Shown: piece after piece, positions 1-10,878 of the stretch
Position numbering within the stretch: the stretch's first letter is position 1
Layout: each line of letters starts with the position of its first letter
Assembly: GCA_977030845.1 (NCBI GenBank)
Contig: OZ365113.1
Coordinates: 31,000,001 to 31,064,000 of the forward strand
DNA from: Fimbriosthenelais zetlandica
Lineage: Eukaryota
Reading direction: 5' to 3'
Length of the DNA: 64,000 bases
Notes under the pieces: generated by a model
The model's input: the letters and a program-made list of their open reading frames with translations, nothing else
What the model was told of the DNA's origin: nothing
Database searches by the model: none
Translations under genes and position numbers: made by a program

Positions 1-2
1 AG

Positions 3-1319
3 ATGGCTGTGATCGGCTGTCAGGTGGCGAGGAAAGGTGGCTTCACTGTACTGGTGGTGGACCTATATAGAGGACAAACTCCACGCGGTGACAAGCAGGC
101 AGCCAGGATGATGGAGAACCTGGACTGGGACGGCGCTATCCAGGATATCCACGCCGCTGTGAAACATCTCTATGAGAGAGGCTGCAGGAAGGTGAGTGGA
201 CGTAATTTTGAAATCCCTATAGGCCTATAACATTATTTATAACACAACTTGGCTTGTTATTACACTCCCGACACGTTGATCTGGCCGTTGCGTATTCTTG
301 ACGAAAATCACACGTGAAATCTGCATTTTTCATCTGCATTTTTCAACAGTAGTGAAATGAGGGAAGATTAATGGACATATTTCTTAGAAGTTGTGATATA
401 AATATAGAATACAACTCGACATTTATCTGCTCTCACAGATCAACGTCTCGTTGTATTCCATATAAATATAGAAAAATTGATATTCAGGAGCCATCAGGTT
501 CTTAACTCACCTTTATTTTGTGGCTCCGCAAACTGGTCTACAAGGCTGCCCCTTTTCAGGAATAATCATCCCACCCACCCCTGTCTAAAATTTTTCAAAA
601 TCATGGATTCGTCCCTTTCAAGAAGTGTTTTCTGGATATATTTTTATAGATCAAAGACTATACATGCCTACTATTTTTCATTTCAGGTGGGAGTGATGGG
701 ATTCTCTATGGGCGGTGCTCTCGCTTTCTTGGCAGGATCACTGCCCCATGTCAGTGCCGTGGTGCCCTTCTATGGCATACCTCGAGATCAGAGGTCTCTA
801 TATAACATCAAGGTTCCGGTCCAGGGTCATTTTGGCCAGAAGGTGAGATTTTTTTCTACTAGTCAATAACATAGTGTTAAGATAGAATTAAGAACTGAGA
901 AATTGATCCCCGATTTACAAATTCCCAACAGCCTCTGGATCGATAATATTTCGATCGCATGCCCGATTTGTAACTTCCCAGATAAATTGTGATCGAATAT
1001 CGGGATCACACAAATAGGGGTGTGGCGATTGGAGCAAACCCCTGAACAACCACAGGTTCACATGAAGGGGTTGCATGCCATGATTACTAAATTTAATACC
1101 TGTTCCCATCATGTATAGGATGATCGGAAGGGCTTCTCCTCCCCAGATGATTACTCAACCATGAAGGAGAAACTACTTGGGGCTGGTGTGGATTTAGATG
1201 TGGCGACCTATGATGCAGGCCATAATTTTGTCAATCCCACCAGTGACGACTTCAATGCTAAGGCCACTGAGGAGGCTATGACCAGGGCCTTCAAGTTTCT
1301 CAAGAAGAGCCTCTCATAA
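3..1319 (+). CDS. Dienelactone hydrolase family (CMBL/Usf-like alpha/beta hydrolase), 5'-partial; exons ~3-191, 687-842, 1119-1319
   Basis: GT-AG junctions (AAG|gtgagt 191/192, ttcag|GTG 686/687, AAG|gtgaga 842/843, tatag|GAT 1118/1119) join in frame. The product has DLH hallmarks: VVDLYRG, LDWDGAIQDI..AVKHL, nucleophile elbow GVMGFSMGG, VPFYG, QGHFG..D, YDAGHNF. Stop TAA at 1317-1319. Positions 1-2 (ag) may be the acceptor of the first visible exon. Confidence 0.9.
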
Positions 1320-1979
1320 AAAGATAATTGGTACAGCACCTCAGCTTTAAAAGGCTGATATACAGGTCGAATGGTATCATCTGGAGGAAAATGATGCTCA
1401 AAGCTTCGGTTGAGATTAATTTTACAATTAATTTTTTGCATGCACTCTTAATTCTCGATATTACTCCAATTGAGAGCTTGGGAAACATGTGCATACCATG
1501 CACCACTCCTGGATAAATATTACAGTTAATATAATTCTGGTTATGAATAATTATGGGAAAAGGAGATATATCCACAACTTTAAAAGTACTTTTTTATTGA
1601 TTAAAGGTATAAAATATGATGATTATGACCGTTGATATAGCGTTGATCTTAACAGTTCAAGGAAGTTCCACATATTCTATAATAGATAGGCCTGGATACT
1701 TAGCTATCAAATAGAACCGGTAATCATATTGCCAATTATCTATTATAATCCAGATATTATCACCAATTATCAACCTTACAAATCTTTTTCAAGCCTTTGC
1801 ATTAATTTTGTAAACACATCAATGCAGAAATAAAAGGTTACTGCTTTACATATCCTCCCATGAACAAAGATCTATCAGTCTTAATTCAAAGACTTGCAAG
1901 TTACTAATGCAAAATAGGTATTTCAATAAAAAAGAATATAATAAAGGTCGGTATCTAAGATGTATTATAAGTCTTATGT

Positions 1980-4900
1980 TTAGAAATCAATGACATACAG
2001 CGGTAGGATCTGGTCAGGATTGAATATGACGATCATTTGAGCTCTCCCTTTTTGATCTGCGTTAACGGTATGTGAATCATATCCAGGCTTCAGAGAAACC
2101 CCATTCATGTTCCCTCCGGCAGGGTATGATTTCCCTGGAAGGATCTGACAGAGGATCAGTTTATGCAGACTTCCTGCATAACCTATGCTTGTGTTTGGAA
2201 ACTCTGAAAAGTAGATCCCAGCTCCATAGAGGCCCGTTTTACACCTGTCCATTCTGAAGTTTTCCGTCATGATTTTATCAATGTTCTGTTCCATAGGAGT
2301 ACCATGAAATGCTAAAACCGTGTCCTTCGTCCTAAACTCTCTCTTCTTCCGTCGAAAACGATCCTGTAGCAGAGGGTTCGTGAAGAATGTAACAGATTTT
2401 ATTTCACTTTTGATGCCAGCATGTTTAGCAAGACGAAGGAACTGAGATTCAGCCAAACGGAAGTGCATATCATGTGCATCATTCTCATCATAGCTCCGCT
2501 TTGGGAGAAGTTTCACTGATTGAACCCCTGCACTGCCGACTTGTCGGGGAAGGGCGATATCCACTGATCCGATTGTAACATAGTGGATGATGTATTTTGG
2601 CAGGGCTTGTTCTCCCCTATATACCACAAATTCATCATAGATAACTCCACCAGTTTGTTTACTGTCTCTCTTGGCGTAGAGAGAATCATAGCCACGCAGT
2701 CTGAGTGTCACAAAATCCATGTCAATTGCTTTGTCCACTGTCAGTGACTTGCCAAGGAGAACATCACAGAGAAGCAGTTTGTTGGAATCTTTGGTGTACA
2801 TTTTCTGAGCACTTTTGGAGGAATCGGTGGCAAAATACACACCACCTCCGTACATATTGCCTTGAGGAGATGAGAGTCTAAAGCCCTCACTAATGATGCC
2901 CTTGATACCTTCATCTCCAGTCCCGTGGAACTTAAGCTCTGAACGCATTGGGTCGAACATGTGCAGCTTTGCCTCTAGCCACTTCCTCTGTAGAGTGGCA
3001 TTAGTCACCTTTTCAATGCGAGTAAGTTTAGGATACCAGCCATGTCCTGGTTGTATATACTTCATTACTTTATCCTTAACGTCATTGTATTCAGATGCAG
3101 AATCGCCCACAGGATGAAGATCAACTCGACTGTAGGTAGGCCTACCTGTGTCACACCGCTCAAGGGCCTTCAGTTCTTTTCTGGCCATCTCTAGTGCCTC
3201 TTCCCGTGCCTTCTCTTCAGCTTCTCTTTGTTTCCTCTCTTCCATCTTTCGCCTTCTTTCACAGGGCTTACATTTGTTGTGATCACAAGCTCGGCTACAA
3301 ATATCTTCACATGGATGTCCACATTTGAGTTTTCTTGTGCATTTTTCTGAACAAGCAATCTCATTTTCTGCCTGATAGCATTTCTTGGTGGAAGAATGGC
3401 AGCATGTAGAGAATCGGAATGGCATCTTTGTTTGGCATCGGAGCTTATTTACATCTTCACCACATTTCCTTTTCGCTGAATGCCCACATTTGGCAAATAT
3501 GAATGGTACTTCAACCTCACAGTAGTTTGGCAGATGTGAATGCCTGGGTTGGCATATCTTAGGACAGGGGTGTTTGTATTTGCACTGCATGACTTCCCAG
3601 CATGGCTTCAGGCATGGCACTTGAGACTCTGGAGTCCTACATTCTCGTTTACCTGGATGGCCACAGTTCTCATGAATGAACTCGACCATAGCTTTGCACA
3701 GATGAGCCTGATGACTGTGGAATGGTTGGCATATTCTTGGACATTTATGTTTCATACATTCCATCTTCAGTATGCAGGGTTTCTTGCATAGACCATCAAG
3801 TGGAATATCCGAAGGTTTAATTGCAATGATTTGGGAGAACAAGAAATGGTAAGGGCAACGAAGTGGTAGCCCCTGGCTGACAAGTTGGTTTTTCTGCATT
3901 GTCTGAAGCATCGAGCACCATGGTGAACTTTGAGACAAAAAAGTTCTCTGATTCCCAACAAAGTACATTCCACACCTTGCTCTCGACTGTGAGACACATC
4001 TACGGTTTCGGGTCTTGAGGAATCCAATTCTTCCTTCTGCATTTGAGCGAACCAGTGATATGATGACAATTTCGTTTTCATCACCTTGATACATATCAAT
4101 GGTGTGAATTTTGACTTTTTCCATGGCTTCATCTTCCAGCTTTTCATCTTGATCTCTTGTACTATTAGTTCCTGCAAACAGGGAACTAAAGGTTTTTTCT
4201 GCTTCCCGATATAATTTCCGTAGCAGGGAAACCTGGCCCTGGTAGGCTCCTAATATGGTAATCTTACTCGGCTTGTATCCCTGCTGAATGAAGAGAAGAG
4301 TCAGGCGAATCACTCGTTCTGCCTCTGCTTTGTTTACAATACTGCGGCTCTGACCACTTGTCCCTTCTGGCTCTTCATGGCTCCAGAAGAAATGAGACGA
4401 CCGAATGAATTCTGGAGGCTCATTTTTCTCAACCCTCTCCTTGTTGCTAGAAAGATCAGGGTATATATCAAGCAACAGCTCGGCGATTTCTGGCCGCATT
4501 CTGTTCTGGAGCTTCAGAGATGCATATGGGTAGTTGTTGTTGATGAGTCTTTCCATCATTGAAATGTCAAAGTTGTATTTGCGAACCAGCTCATAGGTTT
4601 CAACGCCAGGTTTCAGCTGCATGTGGTCCCCGATCAGAATAAGGTGCTTCACCCAGTCTCCTAGTGCAGCTATGAGCTGCGGTTCAAGAACCTCGGCAGC
4701 TTCCTCAACAATGACGATGGCAGGACGTAATGCCTGCAGCAGCTTGTTGTGAATACTTGCTCCTGTTATGGTCATTCCTACAACCTTCTTGCCTTTCAAG
4801 ATTGCAACATTGTTCTCGTTGTCCAGCTCTTTAATCGCAAGCTGTGCAGCTTTATAGCTCTCAAAGTCAAGTTTGACTTCCTTCTCAACCTCTGATTTAT

Positions 4901-7900
4901 AATGCCATACGAGTACTTGTATGATGACTGCACGATCATATTCTTCCAAGGCCCACAGATCTGAGACAGCTTTAAGAGCAACAAGAGGAATCTCAGCGGC
5001 AAGTCTGCTCGCACATGGCATCAGTTCAGGAAGCTTTCCTTTCTTCTGCCTGTCGAACTTGATGGTCATTTCTAGGGTCTGATCCTGATGGGTGATAGCT
5101 GCCAGTCTTTCACGCTGTTCATCTTCAACATCAATATCATCATTTCCATCCTCAGTATCGTCTGTGTCGTTATCCCCATTTGAATCGTTGTTCTGAGTTT
5201 GTGCTTTTAGAATGTGGGCCAACCGTTCTTCATTCTTCGATATATCCTGGAATGCTTTTTCATTTGGTACCCACATTTGGAGCACATCAGACAGAATCAC
5301 AAAAAGTTCTGGCTCAATTCCTAGGCGCCTTTCTTGCACTGTTATTTGGTCATTGAACAGTATATTCTTGTTGCGACTCCAAAGTAAATCTAGGTCCTTC
5401 TTTGTGATTTCTTCTGAACCCTTCTGCCTTCTTATTGGCTTCCTAAGTAAAAGACTTTTAATCTGACTTTCTGATAAGCCATAAATCATGGCCTCAATAG
5501 AAAGCTGCATAGATTTTCCAAGATTTGTTATGCTCCTTTCCAGCTTTTGCTTCAGGTCTGTCGCCTCAGCTTGCAATGCATATTTCATTTTGTAGTTTGC
5601 CTCTGATCTGGAATGTTGAGATCGTAGCATTTGGAGATTGTAACCTTTCAGCTCAGGATCCTGACATCTTCCACCCACACGGGCAACACTGTTAGAACAA
5701 ATTGGCAACAACTCTTTGAGAAACTCATCAAGAGCATGGTTCTTGTAGGTCAGAACAAGTATAGGAAGTTGAAGTTGTGAAGACGAAGAAAGAATTTCTC
5801 TAACAAGTTCTATCCCAATGTATGTTTTCCCTGTACCAGGTGGACCTTGTATTATTGCTAACCGATGATCCAAAGCTTGAATGAAGGCTTCCCTCTGACT
5901 TGGGTCCATGGTTTTGGAAATGTGAACACTATCCAAATTTTGCAGTGTTTTTGCCTGTTGCGGAGGTAACAAGTCCACAAGTTCGTCTTGGAAAGACAGA
6001 TTCTCTGGCTTCATGCCTTGGAGAGCCTTTAGAACAGGCTGATGGGCTAAGTAATAAGTTGGAGATTCAGCAAGGATTGTTGATGATCCTGCTTCATAAA
6101 GACTTGCCAGACAGGCAGTGTCGTCCTGCGTATTGCACTCAGAGCAAAGCTGAATCCAAATAATCTGATCAGATTTGAGTAATTTGGTGTCTCTTTTCAT
6201 AACAATTGCCCATATGGGATCAGTGAATTTCCCTGAGGGCGACAAGCACAACAGGTTACCGAACATCAAGTTGGAACAAGTTTCCCAGTTCTTTATAGGT
6301 TTGTGAGGTTTGACTTTCACAGCTAGTGCTATGCCATTGCCATCGTCTGTTATGTGTATGCCTTTCAACTCGACATTTGTGTAGATATTCATATCTCGTG
6401 GATCCAGACTATTTTTGAGAAACTTCCTTATTCCAGTGCAAAGTGCATTGAAGCAATCTGTTCGTAGAAGTCTGAAGTATATATCCATATATTCTTCAAC
6501 AGAATCATATGGACCCTGTTTCTTAACAGGACTCAGGTGGATGGCTGACTCAAGAGGCCCGGAATGTATTTCATTAGTTGCGGGTACCAAAGGTAGTTCC
6601 TCCCATTCAAGATCATTGACACCAGTGACAGCCATTGTCACTTTCTTTAACATGGCGTGGAAGAAATGGAGGGTGTCAGATTTGTTCTGTGGTAACATTT
6701 CTCGTGATAGGCCAACAATTAATCTTGCTTTCAGGGGCAACACATTCAAAACCACAAGAAAGAACGCCTGCACCTTCTCTTTATATCTCAGGTTGTTTAT
6801 GTTCCAAGCATTCTTTATAAATAACTTCAAGATTCCATTTCTTGTACTGCAGAATTCGGAGTTCACCAACACCTCTAACATGTGTCTGTAATTTTCTTCT
6901 AAGGTCCTCGACTTTTCATGAATCAAGAGGAGCAAATCCAACAAGTGGAAAATACCTTGCTCATCCATCGCCCAAGTATGTCCAATACATTCCCACAAAG
7001 CATTACAACTCAGGACATCAAGTAGAAAGTCATTTGTTTCCTTTTGTGCCAACGTTTGCTGCATATACCTGACATGGTCGACAATTACCTGTGGGTCCCT
7101 TTTCTTGAATTTTAAAACCTTCAATTTAATTGCCGACATTTCATTTTCTCTTTTTGTGTTTTCGCAAAGGGTGAACTCAAGTTGATCACCAGCAATTATA
7201 TCAAAACCTCCTGACCTCACCCACTTTGTTTGAAAGTAAATATCATTTGACAGGCTAAACGTATCAGAGATCTGGCTGGACACTTTTATGTAACCAAACC
7301 CATTGAGTACCTTGACGACAGTTCCTAAGGTACGTTTGACCTCTTTTTTCTTAGGCGTTTGCCGTTTAGACCGAGTGTCACCTGCTGTGATTCTCTTCAC
7401 ATTACAAGCAGTTGGACGACTCTTACTCTCACCTTCTAATTGAAACTCCACAATATCATGTAAACCTATATCAGATTGCATTCGGAAATATACATCGTCT
7501 TTAATGAAACCAGTTGGCAAATTGTCAGTACATTTGATGAAACCAAAGGTTTCTGATATCTTAACAACCACGCCCTTCAGATATATGCTAGTACTTGCAG
7601 CTTCGTTTGTGCCGGCTGAGGACTTCCTTGCCTTCTTTATTTGAGGTGCGTCCAGATCAGAATTGTCACCACGATGATCATCTTCGTCTGACTCTGTTAT
7701 AACCCAGGCCCGGCAAGCTTCAGGTTTTGTCTCAGATCCCTTTTTCAAAATGAATCCAACAATGTCCCCTTCTTGAAAATCAGTTCTTTTACATGACAAG
7801 AATACATTTTTCTTTATGAAGCCATCAGGAAGGTCGTCGAATGAACGGATGAAACCAAAGTCATTCACCCTCTTGACAACTTGACCAGTTAATACTGCAT

Positions 7901-9340
7901 TTCTGGACTGGGTCACATCATCTCTGGGACCTGTGTCAAGCCACACGTTTTGCGCTGAAGGTTTTTTAGAGCTTTTAGGATTGAGGTTAAACCTAACGAA
8001 ATCGCCCTCCTGGACATCGGCAAGCCTACTATGGAAGTGAACATCTTTGTCAGATGAAAACACCACTGGAAGATCGCAATGCGGGGCTATGAAGCCATAG
8101 TTATCAGTTCTGTAGACCACGATTCCAGGGAGATCTGATAACGCTGCATCATCAGATTCTGTAGAATCATCTGAAGCTATGCTTACAGAATCACTTTTCC
8201 TTATCTGCAATAGAAGATTGGAGGAATTTCAAGAGGATCATGTACACAGATTCGGTTTTCATTGTGTTTTTAGGTACTTTTTCGTTATAGGGCAGGATGA
8301 GTCACTGTGAATTGGTCATTGCTGAGCATTCCCCCTCCCTCCCCCCTCCCCCCCCCCCCCCCTGACATCCTCTTGCCTCACTATTAGTCTAATCCGCCAA
8401 TTACCTCACACTTTCCCTCATACAAGCAAGGTTATACGTCCTATATACATGAACATCTATAGTCTACTTAACAGGACAAACTCTATTCAACACTGATAGT
8501 GATATCTTACCAATGACTTCATTCTCATTAATTCTGCAAACTTTAGTGATAGGGAATTAACATATCTGCCCTAATTATAGAAGGAAAATAGAGAAATAGT
8601 ATACTTGTATACACATCATATGACTGTTCACTGGTAATATGTCAATGCATAGATCGATATGACAACATTTTTACACGTTATAGATCTATATCAATTCTCG
8701 AGGTAAGCGAGATAAGATTACAGCAGATATAGCGTGCTTATGTCAGCAGATATGGTATGATTATGTCAGCACACATAACATGATTATGTCAGCAAATATA
8801 ATGGACCCATACTAAATTTAAAAATTCAAAATTCAATATACTGGCCTGAAGTTAGGCCTACCGAACACATGAAAGTAATTTTATTTACAGTCCGTTCACT
8901 CTAAGTTGATCCGAAACCACAGTACAAATGTATGGTGGTTTCGGATCAACTTAGAGTGAACAGACTGTAATGCAGAATCACCATCGTTCACATAGGACTA
9001 GAAAAGAGACATATTATTTCCGGATGATAGAAAGCGAAACCTTTCGTGACACAGGTGTAGATGGACCATACAGAAAACGTTGTGTGCTGCACAATTTGCA
9101 GTGATCCACAAGGGCTTGATTATTAGAATTCCGAATTTTGATATTAAATCGTAGAATATCGGCCTAATATGCCTGCTTTTATCGTTTTTTAGGCCAAATA
9201 TCTGTAGGTTGTTTTCTCGGTAACTGAATTCTCGTTTGTCTCCAGTAACCCAATTACAGCGTGATATAATATCAGATGCCATGATTAAAATATAAACCTA
9301 AATAGCATGGTAATATAATTATAATGCCTACCGTCGCCAT
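1980..9340 (-). CDS. ZNFX1-like: ZNFX1-like SF1 RNA helicase with 4 N-terminal cold-shock-like domains, NF-X1 zinc fingers and two C-terminal PARP/ART catalytic domains (~2077 aa); exons 9340-9332 and 8204-1980
   Basis: 6.2-kb ORF. Helicase motifs: IQGPPGTGKT (5823-5846), LTYKNHALDEFL, IVEEAAEVLE, LIGDHMQLKP, QNRMRPEI, TIDMYQGDENEIVIISLVRSN, NRRCVSQSRAR. ZNFX1-type upstream signatures: YMDIYFRLLRTD, LMFGNLLCLS. Cys/His-rich C..CGH.C repeats at ~3255-3800. Two FHGT...G(V/I)YF motifs. The ORF's TTG 'start' is a splice acceptor (cttctattgcag|ATA, exon begins 8204). An in-frame ggacATGGCGACG|gtaggc mini-exon lies at 9340-9332. Confidence 0.92.
8886..8969. mobile_element. MITE-like perfect hairpin (TA-flanked, Tc1/mariner-type CAGT ends) in intron 1 of the ZNFX1-like gene
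   Basis: 36-bp arms at 8885-8920 and 8935-8970 are reverse complements with one mismatch, around a 14-nt loop. The core begins CAGT, ends ACTG and is flanked by TA on both sides. Confidence 0.7.
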
Positions 9341-10878
9341 GTCCTAGGGTTAATCTTCCCTTTTCCTCCAATTATAGTACCTGGGTGGACTAGACCATTC
9401 AATGATGTTGCAACAGCTTCCTACTCTTCTTCAGCCTGTAGCAGTTCTATGTCACCTCAGCACTATTGGTAGTTCTTATATGCTGCTAGGACTGAGATAC
9501 GAAACTAGTGGGACAACACCCAGGGGGACAATCGAAACTATATAGATAGGCATTTGTGTACACGTGATGCTTTTTAAAACATTATTTATTAAACACATTG
9601 TCAGAGCCAATGCGGAACCCAATCCATGGAGCTTTCTTTCAAAAATATTTCTGAGGGAGGGGATGGTACGGGAGCGTTAATTGCTATTGTTAAGATTGTT
9701 TGCGCAACAAAAATCATCTCTGAAGTTATGGGGGCGTCAGGGGTCGGGGGTGGGGGTTGTCAGGTGTCCTCACCACCCCCACTCCCCAAAAAAGCATCCC
9801 ATGTCATCAAAGCATTGATAATGACAATACGGATGGCAAGCTTAAAGATGTCAGACCATGCCTGTTCCTCAGATGTACGCATCTGTGGAGACAGGCTGGC
9901 TTGGATAAGGCAAGATATGGCAATGTTAAATATTACTGAATAAACATAAGAGAGGGTAAGTTAGGATTACTGATATACATAGACATCGATATTGGGAAAC
10001 ATTACAATTATGGAGACATGGATATAGAAACATGAAAGGGTTTTAATATTGATGATAAATAATATAATACTTGTAACACCTATCAGTGACAAAATCATAG
10101 TGCCATATACAGTGGAATAGGATCTTATTATACCTATACAGAGTTCACTGGTATATTCCCGAGAGTCTACTGACCCAAATAAGGTAAATGGGACCATGAT
10201 TTGAGGTCGACCGTCCCCCTTTACAAACATATTCTGGGAGAGATTGCATACGGATAAAATCATTGTGTCATTGATAGACCTAATTTAAAAAACGACATCA
10301 AGCCTAATCCAAGGTATATACATGTATATAAATGTGTAGGAGTCTTTAGTCAATTTACAGATACCTTAGTTCATTATAATACTCATTCCTTAACTTTTAA
10401 ATCTGACTTTGCAGAAGAATTAATGCATCCATGGATATTTATTGGATATATAGGTATCGAGATAACCAACGATGAGGATTGGCTACCTTATCAAGTCCAT
10501 AGATAAGGGAGACCTGACAACCGCGATGACATGCCATTTTCTGGAAGGAGCTCATGCATTATGTGAGTGTATAAGCCTATACATCGATACGTCTCCTTTT
10601 AAACATGTACATACATGTATACATGTATACTATGTGTTAAAGACCAAATTCTTCATTTACTATCAGAGGATTATATAGGCTAATATCGTAATACATTCTT
10701 AATTATCAAAACTATGCTGGGACTATATTTAAGTATCTAATTAAGTATCATAATTTTATCATTATGAGAGCAAAATGTAAGATTATATAGTAAACGGTTC
10801 AAGACAGAAACCCCTTGGTACCACCGTGACAAAAGAAAATATATAATTATAGTAACTTCATTTTGTAGGTCAGTTCTG

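Noticed and set aside
8205-8210. TTG start codon of the 2076-aa ORF
   Set aside because: It is part of a splice acceptor (ttgcag); an in-frame ATG exon exists at 9340-9332.
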